A DNA stretch of 64,000 nt. Origin: Dimorphilus gyrociliatus. Its lineage: Eukaryota > Animalia > Annelida. Below are positions 48,416 through 59,789 of this stretch, one piece after another. Location: assembly GCA_904063045.1 (NCBI GenBank), contig CAJFCJ010000050.1:58263-122262 (forward strand). The letters are read 5' to 3'. The position numbers were made by a program, and so were the translations under genes. Position 1 is the stretch's first letter. Every line of letters begins with the position of its first letter. The notes under the pieces are model-generated. The model saw only the letters and a program-made list of their open reading frames with translations, made no database searches and was not told the origin of the DNA.

Positions 48416-49659
48416 TGTTAAAGTCTGTTATGTTGATGTACTGTGATTTGAGACAAGAACAATGCAGAAAATTGGGAATTCTTTTAAAAAAATGTACTAA
48501 AATAGAAAAATAGAATTGTCTGAGAATAAGTAAATGAATAATGGATTTTTTGTCATCTGTGAGGGACTTGAACAATCTTCAGAAACATTGAATTTTATTA
48601 ACTTTAGTGATTGTTCTCTGAAACCAAAACATTGTAGAATATTTGGAAATCTTTTGAAAAAATGTTCTAAAAAAGAAACATTAAATTTATCTAAGAATTG
48701 GGATATGAGAAATAGCTTTATTGATGTTTGTGAAGGACTTGAAAAGTCATCAAAAACATTAAGGCTTAATAATTTCAGCAAATGCTCTTTAACATCTGAA
48801 CAGAGTAAAAGATTTAAAAATCTTTTAAAAGAATGTTCTAAAATGGAAACAATAGATTTATCAGATAATAAATTAATAGAGGATGGCTTTATTGATGTTT
48901 GTGAAGGACCTGACCATTCATCAGAGACATTAAAGTCTATTAATTTCAGCCAATGTTCATTAAAACAAGACTTTTGTACAAAATTTGGAAATCTTTTAGA
49001 AAACTGTTCACAAATAGAAAGAATAGAAAAAAAAAACATTAAAAGTTTTTGATGTCCAAAATTGCAATTTGACAGAAGATCAATGTAAAAATCTTGGAAA
49101 TCTTATAAAAAAAACTGTTCTGAAATAGAAACAATACATTTATTAGGGAATGTGAACATGGGAAATGGATTCTTTGATATTTGTGAAGGACTTGAACAAT
49201 CAACAAAGACATTAAAGTGTATCACATTTAGCATATGCTCTTCATTTCAAGAAACAATTACACAATTCGAAAAACTATTGAAAAAATATTCTAAAAACAA
49301 GACTATTAACGCGTCAGGCGAGTTAAACCTAACACGTAATCATCTAACCCTCCAAATTGACAGACTATTCGATGATGACGTCACTTTGTTTTTGTACACG
49401 AGGCGTGGAAAATCAATAGATGGTTTTGCAGTAACATTTTAATAAGATACTTTCTGTGTCAAAAAGTTTTCAGTATGTGTATTTGTTTGTTCTTGTTTGT
49501 TTTTGTCTTTTGATTATTTTACATCAGTACCACTCTTCCTTTCTTCTTTCGTATAGATGGTTCATTTGAATATTCAAATTACAAAAGTCTTGATTTAAAG
49601 CCTGTACAAAATCTACCATCATCATTCGTAAACGTTTTTCACTCTTCAAAGAGTAACAT

Positions 49660-50756
49660 TTATATAAATATTGTCTATGTTTGCGATGGAAAGAACGACT
49701 GCCTTTCAAATGAAGATGAACATCTGTGCAATGAAAATGATAAAAATGAAGAATTTCAATGTTTTACTTCACCGGAAACGATCAGTTTTAAGTTGGTTTG
49801 TGATTTTATACATGATTGCATTAATGGATCAGACGAATTTTATTGCGGTAGGGCACATTTCAACAACATACACCAGTGTAATCATTTCTTTTTAACTTGT
49901 CCAACTCTTCAAATTCAATTCAACAGCAAGTCCTCAAGGATATTTTAAATGTATAGATGAAAAAAGGTGCTATCATTTTCACCCAGTTTGCGATCAAATT
50001 GTCAATTGTCAACGCGGAAGCGACGAACTTTTCTGTATTAATACAAAACCTTCTACTCCAATTTTGTGCAATTACCCAAAATTCTATTTTCAACTGGTAT
50101 GCTCTTTAAATAAAACTAAACAATCATATGGAAACAACGACCAATCATCGTCCATTGTTTTGACAAACAACGTATTGAAATTGCTGGAAATTTATGGTGG
50201 AATCAGTGTAAAATTTACAAAATTGCAAACAACAAATCTTCAATTATTCACATTGAATAAAAATGATAATTTTTTTCAAATTTCAAATTTGAAAATGTTT
50301 GCAAATTTAATTTATTTAAATTTGAAAAATAATAATTTGAAATTCAATGAAAAGAGTTTAAAGCAATTCAAATTCAATCTTTTTGGTCTATTGGCAAATT
50401 TAATGGCGTTATTATGCCTTTATAAAATTCAAATTTCAGCAAAAACCTTTAGAGCTTGTCTGGTGATGAATGATAATTTGGCATCAATCTACTTTTTATC
50501 AATTACCATTGCAGATAGTGTCTTTCGCAACAACTATATTATGAATAATGAAATATGGCGTCATAGTCCATTTTGCAGATTTCTTGCTCTGTCCTTGACA
50601 TTTTCATTTGCCTTTTCCAGTATCAATTTAGTGTTGTTGACGCATGAGAGATATAAATCTATAGTGGCGCCATTACACCAATCCTTAATTGGAACCCTGT
50701 TCAACATGTCAGGATTGGAGTTTGACATATTGTTTGAATCGAAAACTATGGTCTAA
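49660..50756 (+). pseudogene. LDLa-LRR-GPCR (GRL101/LGR type C-like), truncated after TM3
   Basis: VCDGKNDCLSNEDE, VCDFIHDCINGSDE, VCDQIVNCQRGSDE; LRR LIYLNLKNNNL; IYFLSITIAD...WRHSPFCRF...LLTHERY. Confidence 0.75.
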
Positions 50757-50869
50757 TTCCACCAAAATTTTAAAAGAAAAATCAACATTTTAAACTTGTG
50801 TAGAATTATTTGCCATAACCTGTCAATGGATGTCAATTCCTTAGCTTGTTTTTATAATAAGGCTAATAA

Positions 50870-51475
50870 TAGATTGAATTTCAATTGAAACACTTTGTTT
50901 AAAGGTTCAAGTAGAACCAGTACTGTTATCAGTAGCAACTACATAAATTGGCAAGACCAGAGCAGTACAAATTTGGCACAGCTGACAGGATCTTTAATTT
51001 GGTTTATTTAAAAAAATAACTTTGGAAGAAAAAGAAATATGGCAGAGGGAGGAAATGGAATTACCACTGGAGAAGACTCTAATCCTTCTACCCCAGCAAC
51101 TCCAACAATTACAATTCAACCAACAGGTATTTCAGAAAGACACTAATACTAGTTTCAAATTTGATGCCAGGGTTCTTGACTTTTTCAAAAGACAGATTAT
51201 ACTGCAGTCAATTACAGAAAAGAATTATCCACTTGGAACTGAACTTCTATCCTTCAAAGGACTTCACCCAGTTCCTTCCATCACAAAGAAAACTGAGAGT
51301 CAAATACATACTCTTCAGACAAATATTGAACAGGAAAATTCAGAGCTGGAACTAAAAGTCACAAAAATCCTGGAAAAATATCAAGATACTATTGCAGAAG
51401 ACAGATTTGATGTTGGAAATCCTGATGTTCCACACCTGGAAATTACTTTACAACTGGGTTCAACCCCATATACCC
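50870..51475 (+). mobile_element. Diverged, multiply deleted relative of the 17371-26686 LTR element
   Basis: LTR 3' end ...GAGCAGTACA, AATT, PBS TGGCACAGCTGACAGGAT, gag start MAEGGNGITTG..DSNPSTPATPTITIQPTG, then fused protease and RT-linker fragments. Confidence 0.9.
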
Positions 51476-52634
51476 TTTACCATATGTTGCTTAATAATCA
51501 TGCAACACCACTAACCAAGACTTGGATTGTCAGAGAAATCATTTCACCTGACATCTGGGACATTAACAATAAGTATATACACAAAATGTTAAACACAAAT
51601 AAATTGGAACCTTAAATTGGAAATTTAAATACCTATAGCTGAATAAAAGATATCTATGGATCAATATTTAGAATAATTTTTAATTATAGTCTTCAGAGTG
51701 CTGTAATTATTTACTTTTCTGATTTGGGTCAAATTTTAAACAAACATAATTCAATTAGATTAGAAGTCTTGCTGACAAGGGATAATTAGTCCTAAATGTC
51801 ACATATAAGACAGACATTATGACTGTAGCCAATCCTTTCAACTCTGTCAAACTAAAAAGTATTTCAATATTTTATTGGACACAGTGTTTATGAGTACTGA
51901 ATATAGCTTTATATAATTGTAGACTTTTCTCTACTGTCCAATCACCACTTTACAACTATGAACTAACCTAGTTCATGTTTGTTCTAAGAACAATATGTTA
52001 CAAAGTTGCACACTTGAGAAAGATAATTAATCATAGTTTGGCCCAAACCTTAGACAAGTTCATCAATCATATCTTGGGCAAAATTTAAGTGGCACTTAAG
52101 GACAAACCTTAAGTATGACCAACCAAGGTCTGTATTAGGCCACATGTTATTGTATTTAATGTTTAAAACTGTAACTTTCATTGTGTAGGTTTGTAGTAAG
52201 TTATAGATAATAGTATAGTATACGAATAAAATAGAACAAAAGTTGTTCAATGTCAGTGTGAATGTATATCAGAGACAAAGAATGAATATGTGTTAAGGTT
52301 AGGCAGTTTAGGCTCACATTATATTTGTTACTTTTTCTTTATCTTGAAGAACTGCTGCTCCCTATTTTTAGTAGGTTAGAAAGTTGTATAAGATGTAACA
52401 ATTTTAGTCTGAGTTGGATTGATTCCAAAACACAAAAATAGACAAAGGTCAACTTTACTGCTGTTTTAATATACCACGAATTATTAATAATAATTGTTTG
52501 TGTAAAATAATATGTTCTAGTATAAAAGAGTGATAGGGTAAAACTAAATACACTTAATCATGCAAAACAGTATTGTGCATACAATATTGTTGAAAGTGAC
52601 AATAATCTATAAACTCCAAATGTAAGTAAAATAG

Positions 52635-52841
52635 GGATGTTGTAGAAAACGGCCATAAATGTATGGTTTTACCCTAACCCTAACCCAGGCCTTGTTTTTG
52701 CCTAACCTTTTTGAATACCCCTAACCCTTAGATGGGACCCTCCTAAGAACATATCAACAGTTATCTTATTCCTCCTAACCATTTCCCGGGCTGAAATCTA
52801 ACTTTCAAATATTTCATTTATGGCCGTTTTCGACCGGTCCC
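52635..52841. mobile_element. 207-bp MULE-type MITE with CCCTAA motifs
   Basis: TIRs GAAAACGGCCATAAAT / ATTTATGGCCGTTTTC; perfect 9-bp TSD GTAAAATAG at 52626-52634 and 52842-52850. Confidence 0.88.
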
Positions 52842-53238
52842 GTAAAATAGCACACAACTAATGTTCATTGCATATTATGTGTATAATAATTAGGCCTAAT
52901 ATTTCAGTTGTAAATGTATTTTACAACTGACTTTCAAATTATGTAAATAATAGTGTATGCTGTAGTTCAGTACAGTATATGCTAACAGCCTAAATGTGTA
53001 CAATATTGCCCATATCTTATTACAATAATCTTAAATAGATCAAACATTTTTGTTCAAGGTGAGGATCTCCTCTTGTAGATGTAAAGAGGGTTAAGTATAG
53101 AGTAAATTGGAAAAAGCATTTCAAATAGTTAATTTTTTAAAAAATTTTCAACAATAAATATAAAACATAAAATTACATATTTCCAATTTTTTAGAATACT
53201 TGTCTAATTTTAATTTAGTGATAGAGCATTCTGTTAAT

Positions 53239-55323
53239 TTAACATTGTCCCTTTTTCCTTGTTGAAAGTGGATTAACTATTCTTCCATCAATAGTTTTAA
53301 TAAAAATCTTAAAAAGAGAAGATAAAAAAAAGATTTTAAAATGAAAATATTTTAGAAAAGTTTGAAAATATTTAATTCTTACTGAAATTTCTTTGCAATG
53401 TCCACACAAAGTATACTTTACAACTACTAGGCATTTCATATGTGGTGGATGAATCATGCTTGTTGATAAATGACCAATTACATTTACAATTGGTTTTGTT
53501 GATTCAAATAATATTCCTTGTTTGCCTTAAAAGATTGTAAAACAACAATAAAACTATGGTTAGAACAGCAAATATTTTTTATACATGTCATATTTGTTAA
53601 ATATTGGAATTTTTCAATTTTCCAAATGTTGCTTGTCCATTTTGTGTTATTAAAATAAGAAAAGCATACTTCATTATCACATTTCTTATGATGCAACTTG
53701 TGACAATGATGATTGCTTAATTCAAAACCTTTAATTATTAATCTAGTATCGCCCAAAATGAATCTTCTGTTTTCATTAACAAAACTTATTTTGATCTAAA
53801 AATATTGAAATGTTTTTGATTTATTGTTTATTTTAAAAACTGGTTACCTGTTCAACATCATTACTAATTCCAAAACGTTTACATCCATATTTTAAAGGTC
53901 TGTGAGAATATGTAAAGTAGTAAAAAAAGTCTATTAAATGATAAGAAAAAAAATTAGTCACCTAAATGTATTTGAATATCTTGATTTGATAAATACACAC
54001 ATAAAAGGGAGAAAGTGGCCTTTGGTCATTGAAATAATAAAACATTTATCACTTTTAAAATCAGTTATTAGACTGTTTTTCTTGAATGTTTTGTTTTATT
54101 TCAAATTGTTTCCATCATTTTAATTATAATAACAGTATTACAATTATTATTTCAGTTGGTTATTTTATGATGAAAGAAGCAAGATAAATTTTGAATTTCA
54201 TCTATAAAATACAAAAATATTACAGTTTCTTTTCATTATTAAAACCTTTCTATTTGAATTTTGAATTGATGATATTTTTAAATTTACAATATCATCTTGT
54301 CTGTGTTTGAATTCCAAAATAAACTAAGTATAAAAATAAAATTTAACCCTAACCCTAATTCTTGAAATAAAATCTCTTTTAAAGATATTCCCAACATTAA
54401 TAGTTTTTCTGAAAATTCAATTTAAATTGTTACACTATACAAGAATAGACATAATGATAATGTTTAATACCCCTTTGGTTTGTCTTCTTGTAATAACTTA
54501 TAACCACAAAGACCCTTTTTGAATGAACAAGAAATTCCTTGTTTTTCTTTAAAGGTAGAAAATTTTTGTTAGATAAAGGAAAACTTTCTAATTTAAAATA
54601 GAAATTCACAGACTTGAAAAAACTTGACAATTTTGACTATAAAGAGAATATATTTGAAAATTTCCTTCTTTGACTGATTTGAATAAAATCTTTTAGAAAA
54701 AATAAATTTATAAATTGTTAATTGTTTATAAATAGAATATTGCATCACAATAGATGGAGCCACAATTAATTCAGCAATGGGCAACAAGAACATTGAAAAG
54801 ATGCATGCCAAAAATGTTACATATGAAATATGAAATTGTTACATCTTGATCAAGTGAACTCAAGATTTATTGAGTGCATATGAGAATACATACTTCCAAA
54901 GTTCATAATACAAAATACAATAGCAAGAATTTACTTGATAATTGGTAGCATTTTCAATAAAAAATTCACAGTTCCTGACACGATTAGTATAAGCTAAAAG
55001 ATCATATGTGATTGCATTGGTTATTTCATTATTGGCCAAGTCTCTGAAATTAACCTAAAAAAATGTAAATTTTAAAAATAATAGTATTTTTTTTTTACTT
55101 GAAAAGTTGAATGAAAATCCTTTTCAACAATCAATGATAAACAAGTGTTTGAATATTTTTTACAAAGAACTTTTGATACTAATGTATTTTGCGAATATTC
55201 ATTATTAAAATTTTGGTCTTCTTCTCTTGGAGAATAGCTCAAGTATAGAAAGGTATCACCCATAAAAAAAAAATATTCAAAATTTTCATTTAATTCATAT
55301 AAACTTTCTTGAATGACATACAT
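53239..55323 (-). other. Probable exons of a Cys-rich extracellular protein (lectin/SRCR-like), poorly resolved
   Basis: Several short Cys/Trp-containing ORFs on the same strand with intron-like gaps. No diagnostic motif. Confidence 0.3.
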
Positions 55324-56225
55324 GTAGTTTTTTTAAATATCCATTTTGAGGGGGTTTTTTTATTATGAAACTTTTGTACAGCATCTCCAAAATACTTGTG
55401 AATGTCTTTTCAAAAAAAATTTAAATAGTATTTGAATGGTTTAGAAAGAGTTAAAAAATAAATAAGAAGGGTTAACTGATTTCAGTTGATCTTGAAATCC
55501 TAAAAGCCAACATAACAAACATTGTGGGACTCTTTCCTTTTATTTTCACCTATTTAAAACAATTTTCCAAAACAATTGATAATAATAAAAGAATGGGATC
55601 TGGTTAAAACATACCCTGGACAAAATGTTCAAAATATTTGAAATGCAGTCATAAAAAATTAGAAGATAAAGCAATGGGAAAATTTTTTGCTTTTCTCATT
55701 AAAAACATACTAGATATATTTTTTAGGGAGATAATAAACTAGAAAACTTTTTGATACTTGAAAAGAAACAGAGCTGATTTCACTTATCAAATATTTTGGA
55801 CATTAAAATAATAGAATACTATTCTACTGATATAAATGAACATTTCCACAAACAATAAATATAATTAGTCTTAATTATTGCAATCAAAAAACACTCATTG
55901 AGTTATTAATTAATAAATTTCTCTTTGTTTCTTTTTATTGAGGCCAGTGCAAAATGAATAAATGATAGCAATTAATATCTGTCTGATGTAGGACTAGAAT
56001 CACAAAAAGAGAAGCAATTCAATTGTACAGCATGAAAAATACATGGTTTTATCATACAAGAGAAGAAAATTTCATTATGTGAGAAGGTGTGTTTGAAAGC
56101 AATTGCTCAATGTGTGGCCAGGATATTTCAGCCTAGTTTAAGGCATTTAAGCCAAACGTTATGTCTATTTGTTTAACCTAAAAAAATTGTTTTATAAATA
56201 AAGGTAACAAGTAATAAGTTTGAGG

Positions 56226-56432
56226 GGATATGACAGAAAACATCCCCAAATTCATGATTTAACCCTAACCCTAACCTAGCCCTTGTCTCTCCTTAACCTT
56301 TTTGATTGCTCCTAACCCTTAGATGGAACCCCCCTAACTATAAATCAAAAGCTACTTTACCCCTCCTAACCATTTTTCAATCCGAAATGTTGCTTTCAAA
56401 AATCTCATTTGGGGACGTTTTCTGTCGGCCCC
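56226..56432. mobile_element. 207-bp MULE-type MITE with CCCTAA motifs
   Basis: TIRs GACAGAAAACATCCCC / GGGGACGTTTTCTGTC; perfect 9-bp TSD AGTTTGAGG at 56217-56225 and 56433-56441. Confidence 0.9.
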
Positions 56433-56913
56433 AGTTTGAGGTATTTATATTCTATTTAATATGACATCCAATGAACTAAAATGCATAGCAATGCTCATAG
56501 ATCAAGGAGAAAATAACTTCTATAAAATTTTATCCTGTGTGTATGACAATCTCAAAAGTACAACAAATGTCACTGTATAGATTATTAAGAAATTGGTCAA
56601 TAGTATTTTATATTCTTGTCTATCTTCTTTAGCTTTAGATCCTTGTCATATTCTTTATCCAATAAACTGCTTACAAATGAAGTATAGAAAACTTTGTATA
56701 TTATAAATTTGAATAATTTATATTAGTAAAGTGATTTACTTTGAAGTGTTAAGTGCTCACTTAATGAGCAATTAGTGTATGAAACATTTTCTTTAAATAA
56801 TATGAACTTTTTATTGTAAAGCTTTCTAGCAAATGTATGAATAATTAAACACCAATTTGTATATTTATCCACATTTCGGACATTTAGAAAGTTTACAGCA
56901 GGAGAGGAAAAAC

Positions 56914-58233
56914 ATGCTCAAGAAGGATAAAACCCTATCTTGGATTATATATTGCATTAAAATTGCTTCCATTCTCTGTATAAATGGTGATAATAAACAT
57001 GTTAATATTGCTATGGAACAAACTACACATGCTTCAAGTGCAAATGGAACTGAAAGTAATACAGCAGTAAATGGAAATTTTGATGTAGACAATTGTTTCA
57101 AGTCAAATACTGATGCAGCAGTGAATGAATGGTTGTTGGTATCATTTTCTAAAAAATATTTTATTAGGTCAATTAGAATTCTTAACTCTGATAATAATTT
57201 TAGTATGAGACATCTAGCTCTTTTGACTACTGTCTTTGATTCACTAGATTTTGATCAATATACACTTTGTGGTTTTGTTGAGATTTTAATACCAATTAAA
57301 CAATCTGCAACAATTGATTGTTTAAAAGGTCCACAATATGCAAAATCAGTTGCTGTTGAGAAAAGATTACATTATGGTAGTCTTTCTATATGTGAAATTG
57401 AAATTTGGACTATGAGAGATCTTGATAGAAATAAAGTTGACTTTACTGGTAAAGCTGGCTATAGATTAATAGCTATCAATGATGGTCAAAGTAGTTCTGG
57501 AAGGACAGTGAACTGTGGCGAAACGAGGAAAGTATTTCCTAGTTGGTGGATGATTAATTTGGAAAGTGAAAGTGAGATATATGCTGTATCTATTGTTAGC
57601 AGGGCAAATTTTGTAGCCCGTCTAAATTTTGTAAAAATACTTGTATCAAGCAATAATACTGATCCTCCTTGGATACCAGAGAAACTTTGCAATAAAATTG
57701 AAACAGCTTCATCTTACATCACTAGAAGATGTAAAAAATCCACAATTGGCCAATATGTTGCATTGTATAAATATGTTGAACTAGCATCAAACATTCTCTC
57801 CATCTGTGAAGTTGAAGTATTTGGTTCTTCTTCACAAGATACAATTTCTGTTTATTGGGTAATTAATACTGTAAACTCTACAAGTCAACATTATACTACT
57901 CATGATAATAGGATTTGTTCCTTGAAAACTTCTCATACAATTGGTATTGCCAAATTCAAAACAAAGAGTATTATTGTTGAATTAAAAGGTGTATCACTTT
58001 TAGAATCTTGCTTTAATGAGGCAGCAAAAACATATACATCTTCACAGAATAATGTTGAAGAATGCAGGCTGTTGAATACTACTGATGGTTACTACTCTGA
58101 AATTGATATGATGGATTCTTGTGTTTTTCAGTGTTATTGTCAACCAAATATTTGTTTTCACATTCATTTAATCACTTTTCAATCAAAACTACAGTCTTTA
58201 AATAGAGATTTTTTTGTTATTGTTAATGTCTGA
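56914..58233 (+). CDS. Secreted tandem F-type lectin-like protein, paralog of 34556-35921
   Basis: AVNG...EWLLVSF...ICEIEIW; SWWMINLE...ICEVEVFG; Cys-rich C-terminus parallel to its paralog. First ATG at 56914. Confidence 0.85.
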   Translation: MLKKDKTLSWIIYCIKIASILCINGDNKHVNIAMEQTTHASSANGTESNTAVNGNFDVDNCFKSNTDAAVNEWLLVSFSKKYFIRSIRILNSDNNFSMRHLALLTTVFDSLDFDQYTLCGFVEILIPIKQSATIDCLKGPQYAKSVAVEKRLHYGSLSICEIEIWTMRDLDRNKVDFTGKAGYRLIAINDGQSSSGRTVNCGETRKVFPSWWMINLESESEIYAVSIVSRANFVARLNFVKILVSSNNTDPPWIPEKLCNKIETASSYITRRCKKSTIGQYVALYKYVELASNILSICEVEVFGSSSQDTISVYWVINTVNSTSQHYTTHDNRICSLKTSHTIGIAKFKTKSIIVELKGVSLLESCFNEAAKTYTSSQNNVEECRLLNTTDGYYSEIDMMDSCVFQCYCQPNICFHIHLITFQSKLQSLNRDFFVIVNV

Positions 58234-59789
58234 TTGAATAAGAAAAATAACTAATTTCCCCTTCCTTCTGCACAAAATATCCCTTGCATTAATTGGAAAA
58301 AAATGAAAATAAATTAATACAATGGTATTTGGCACTGGGCAACTGTCACGTGACCATCAAATAAGAAACATTTTTTTCATTTAATTTAAATGTAAATTAA
58401 ACTGATCATTGTAAGTTGTTAAATGACACTGCAAAAAGTGTTAAACATTTCAAGTTATGTTGTTGCAAAGAAATCCTCTACTTAAGTAGAGGACAGTAGA
58501 TAGACATCTAGCCCTTGTCTCTCACTATCCTTTCTAGTTACCCCTAACCCTTAGATGGCACGCCTCCTAATTACAAATCAGTAGATACTTTACCCTTCAG
58601 TTGGCATTGTTTATGGAATTCCATTTAATCTTATATCAGTGATTACAATCTTGAAGAGTAATCGATGGAAAAGTACCTTTTTCAGGTATATATTAATTGT
58701 TACATTAGGTTATGTTCTGGTAATAATTGACAATGTTCCTTCCCACATTCAGGATTAGGTTAGTAAGGGTTCCAATAGGGAATTCTCTTCTTCAGCCTAT
58801 ATATATGGTGTTAACAATTCAAGATGCCTTAACTTTTGAACCACAATAGATAATTGAATCCTGTAAACAGATTTGCAATCAGCATACCCAAAGTACTGAT
58901 AAACTGATTTTTATAGCTCTAATACAAACATTAAGAAACTTAGTTTTTGTTTGATGAATGTTTTAAAAAGTGGTTGTGAAAAGAATGTCTGGTGATTCTA
59001 ATTCTGGCAAATCTTCAATATTATCTTTAAACTTAATGTTAATATCTTTTGCTGTTCTTCTGTCAGTTTTTTCACCATCCCATTTGTCATTTCTTTTTAA
59101 TCAATTCTTGAATGAAGAACATTGTTTGCTTACTTTACTGTTAATTGACCTTCAAGATTGATTGATTGATTAAATTTTAAAAGGCAAGTAGAAATTTTAA
59201 CATTTTGGTAAAAGAATTGACAAGGAAAGCAGATGTTTTAACTACTGAGTGTTGTATTAAACAAAACTACTTAAGATATGCATTTCAATACAACAGAGAA
59301 CAATCTTATTAGAAAAAATGATTTCTTTTTTGCAGAATTTTTCTAATAATAATACCAAAATTAAAAATATCCTTTAATTCACTTTGTGGTGTTTTTACAC
59401 AAAGATCATTGACACAAAGGAAATAAGAGTCCCTTCTTTTCTATAGAAAGAGAGAGAGAGAGAGAGATTAACCAGGTGTTATCATTATCAATATATTTAC
59501 ATACCTCATAAACTATTGAATCCAAATTTGGAGAGTTTTTTAATGATAGCTGTTTATCATGGAGGTATTTTATGGCAATTATAACTTTTAAACTACATTT
59601 AAAATATTTGACATTCTTGTAAAATGTTTGGCAAACAATTGACTTAGTATCATCCCCTAATTTTTCTCCTCCATGAACAAGATACAAAAAGTGATTGTCA
59701 GCTCTTTGAAGAAGCTCCGTGACTTTTGAATCCAAGGTTTTAGAAATTTAAAATTGTTGTATACAAAAAATGGGTTACACTTACATTTA

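Larger units (their letters stand above)
45723..49310 (+). pseudogene. RI-like LRR gene (NLR-type) split by a MULE insertion
   Basis: Repeats of CSKIETIDLSxNxxxxxGFxDICEGLEQSSETLKxIxFxxCSL occur at 45723-45981 and 48416-49310, with an in-frame stop and frameshifts. Confidence 0.8.

Noticed and set aside
37107-51887. Inverted ACACTGTGTCCAA pair as the ends of a 14.8-kb composite Tc1 element
   Set aside because: The match is only 13 bp with no TA duplication on both sides; independent TIR remnants are more likely.
58345-58354. GTCACGTGAC (CLEAR/E-box palindrome); also GCGCATGCGCA (NRF1-like) at 12943-12953
   Set aside because: Single short motifs picked post hoc, with no identified downstream gene start.
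59406-59735. 109-aa ORF downstream of the GPCR
   Set aside because: No recognisable family or secure start; it may be an exon of an unidentified gene.
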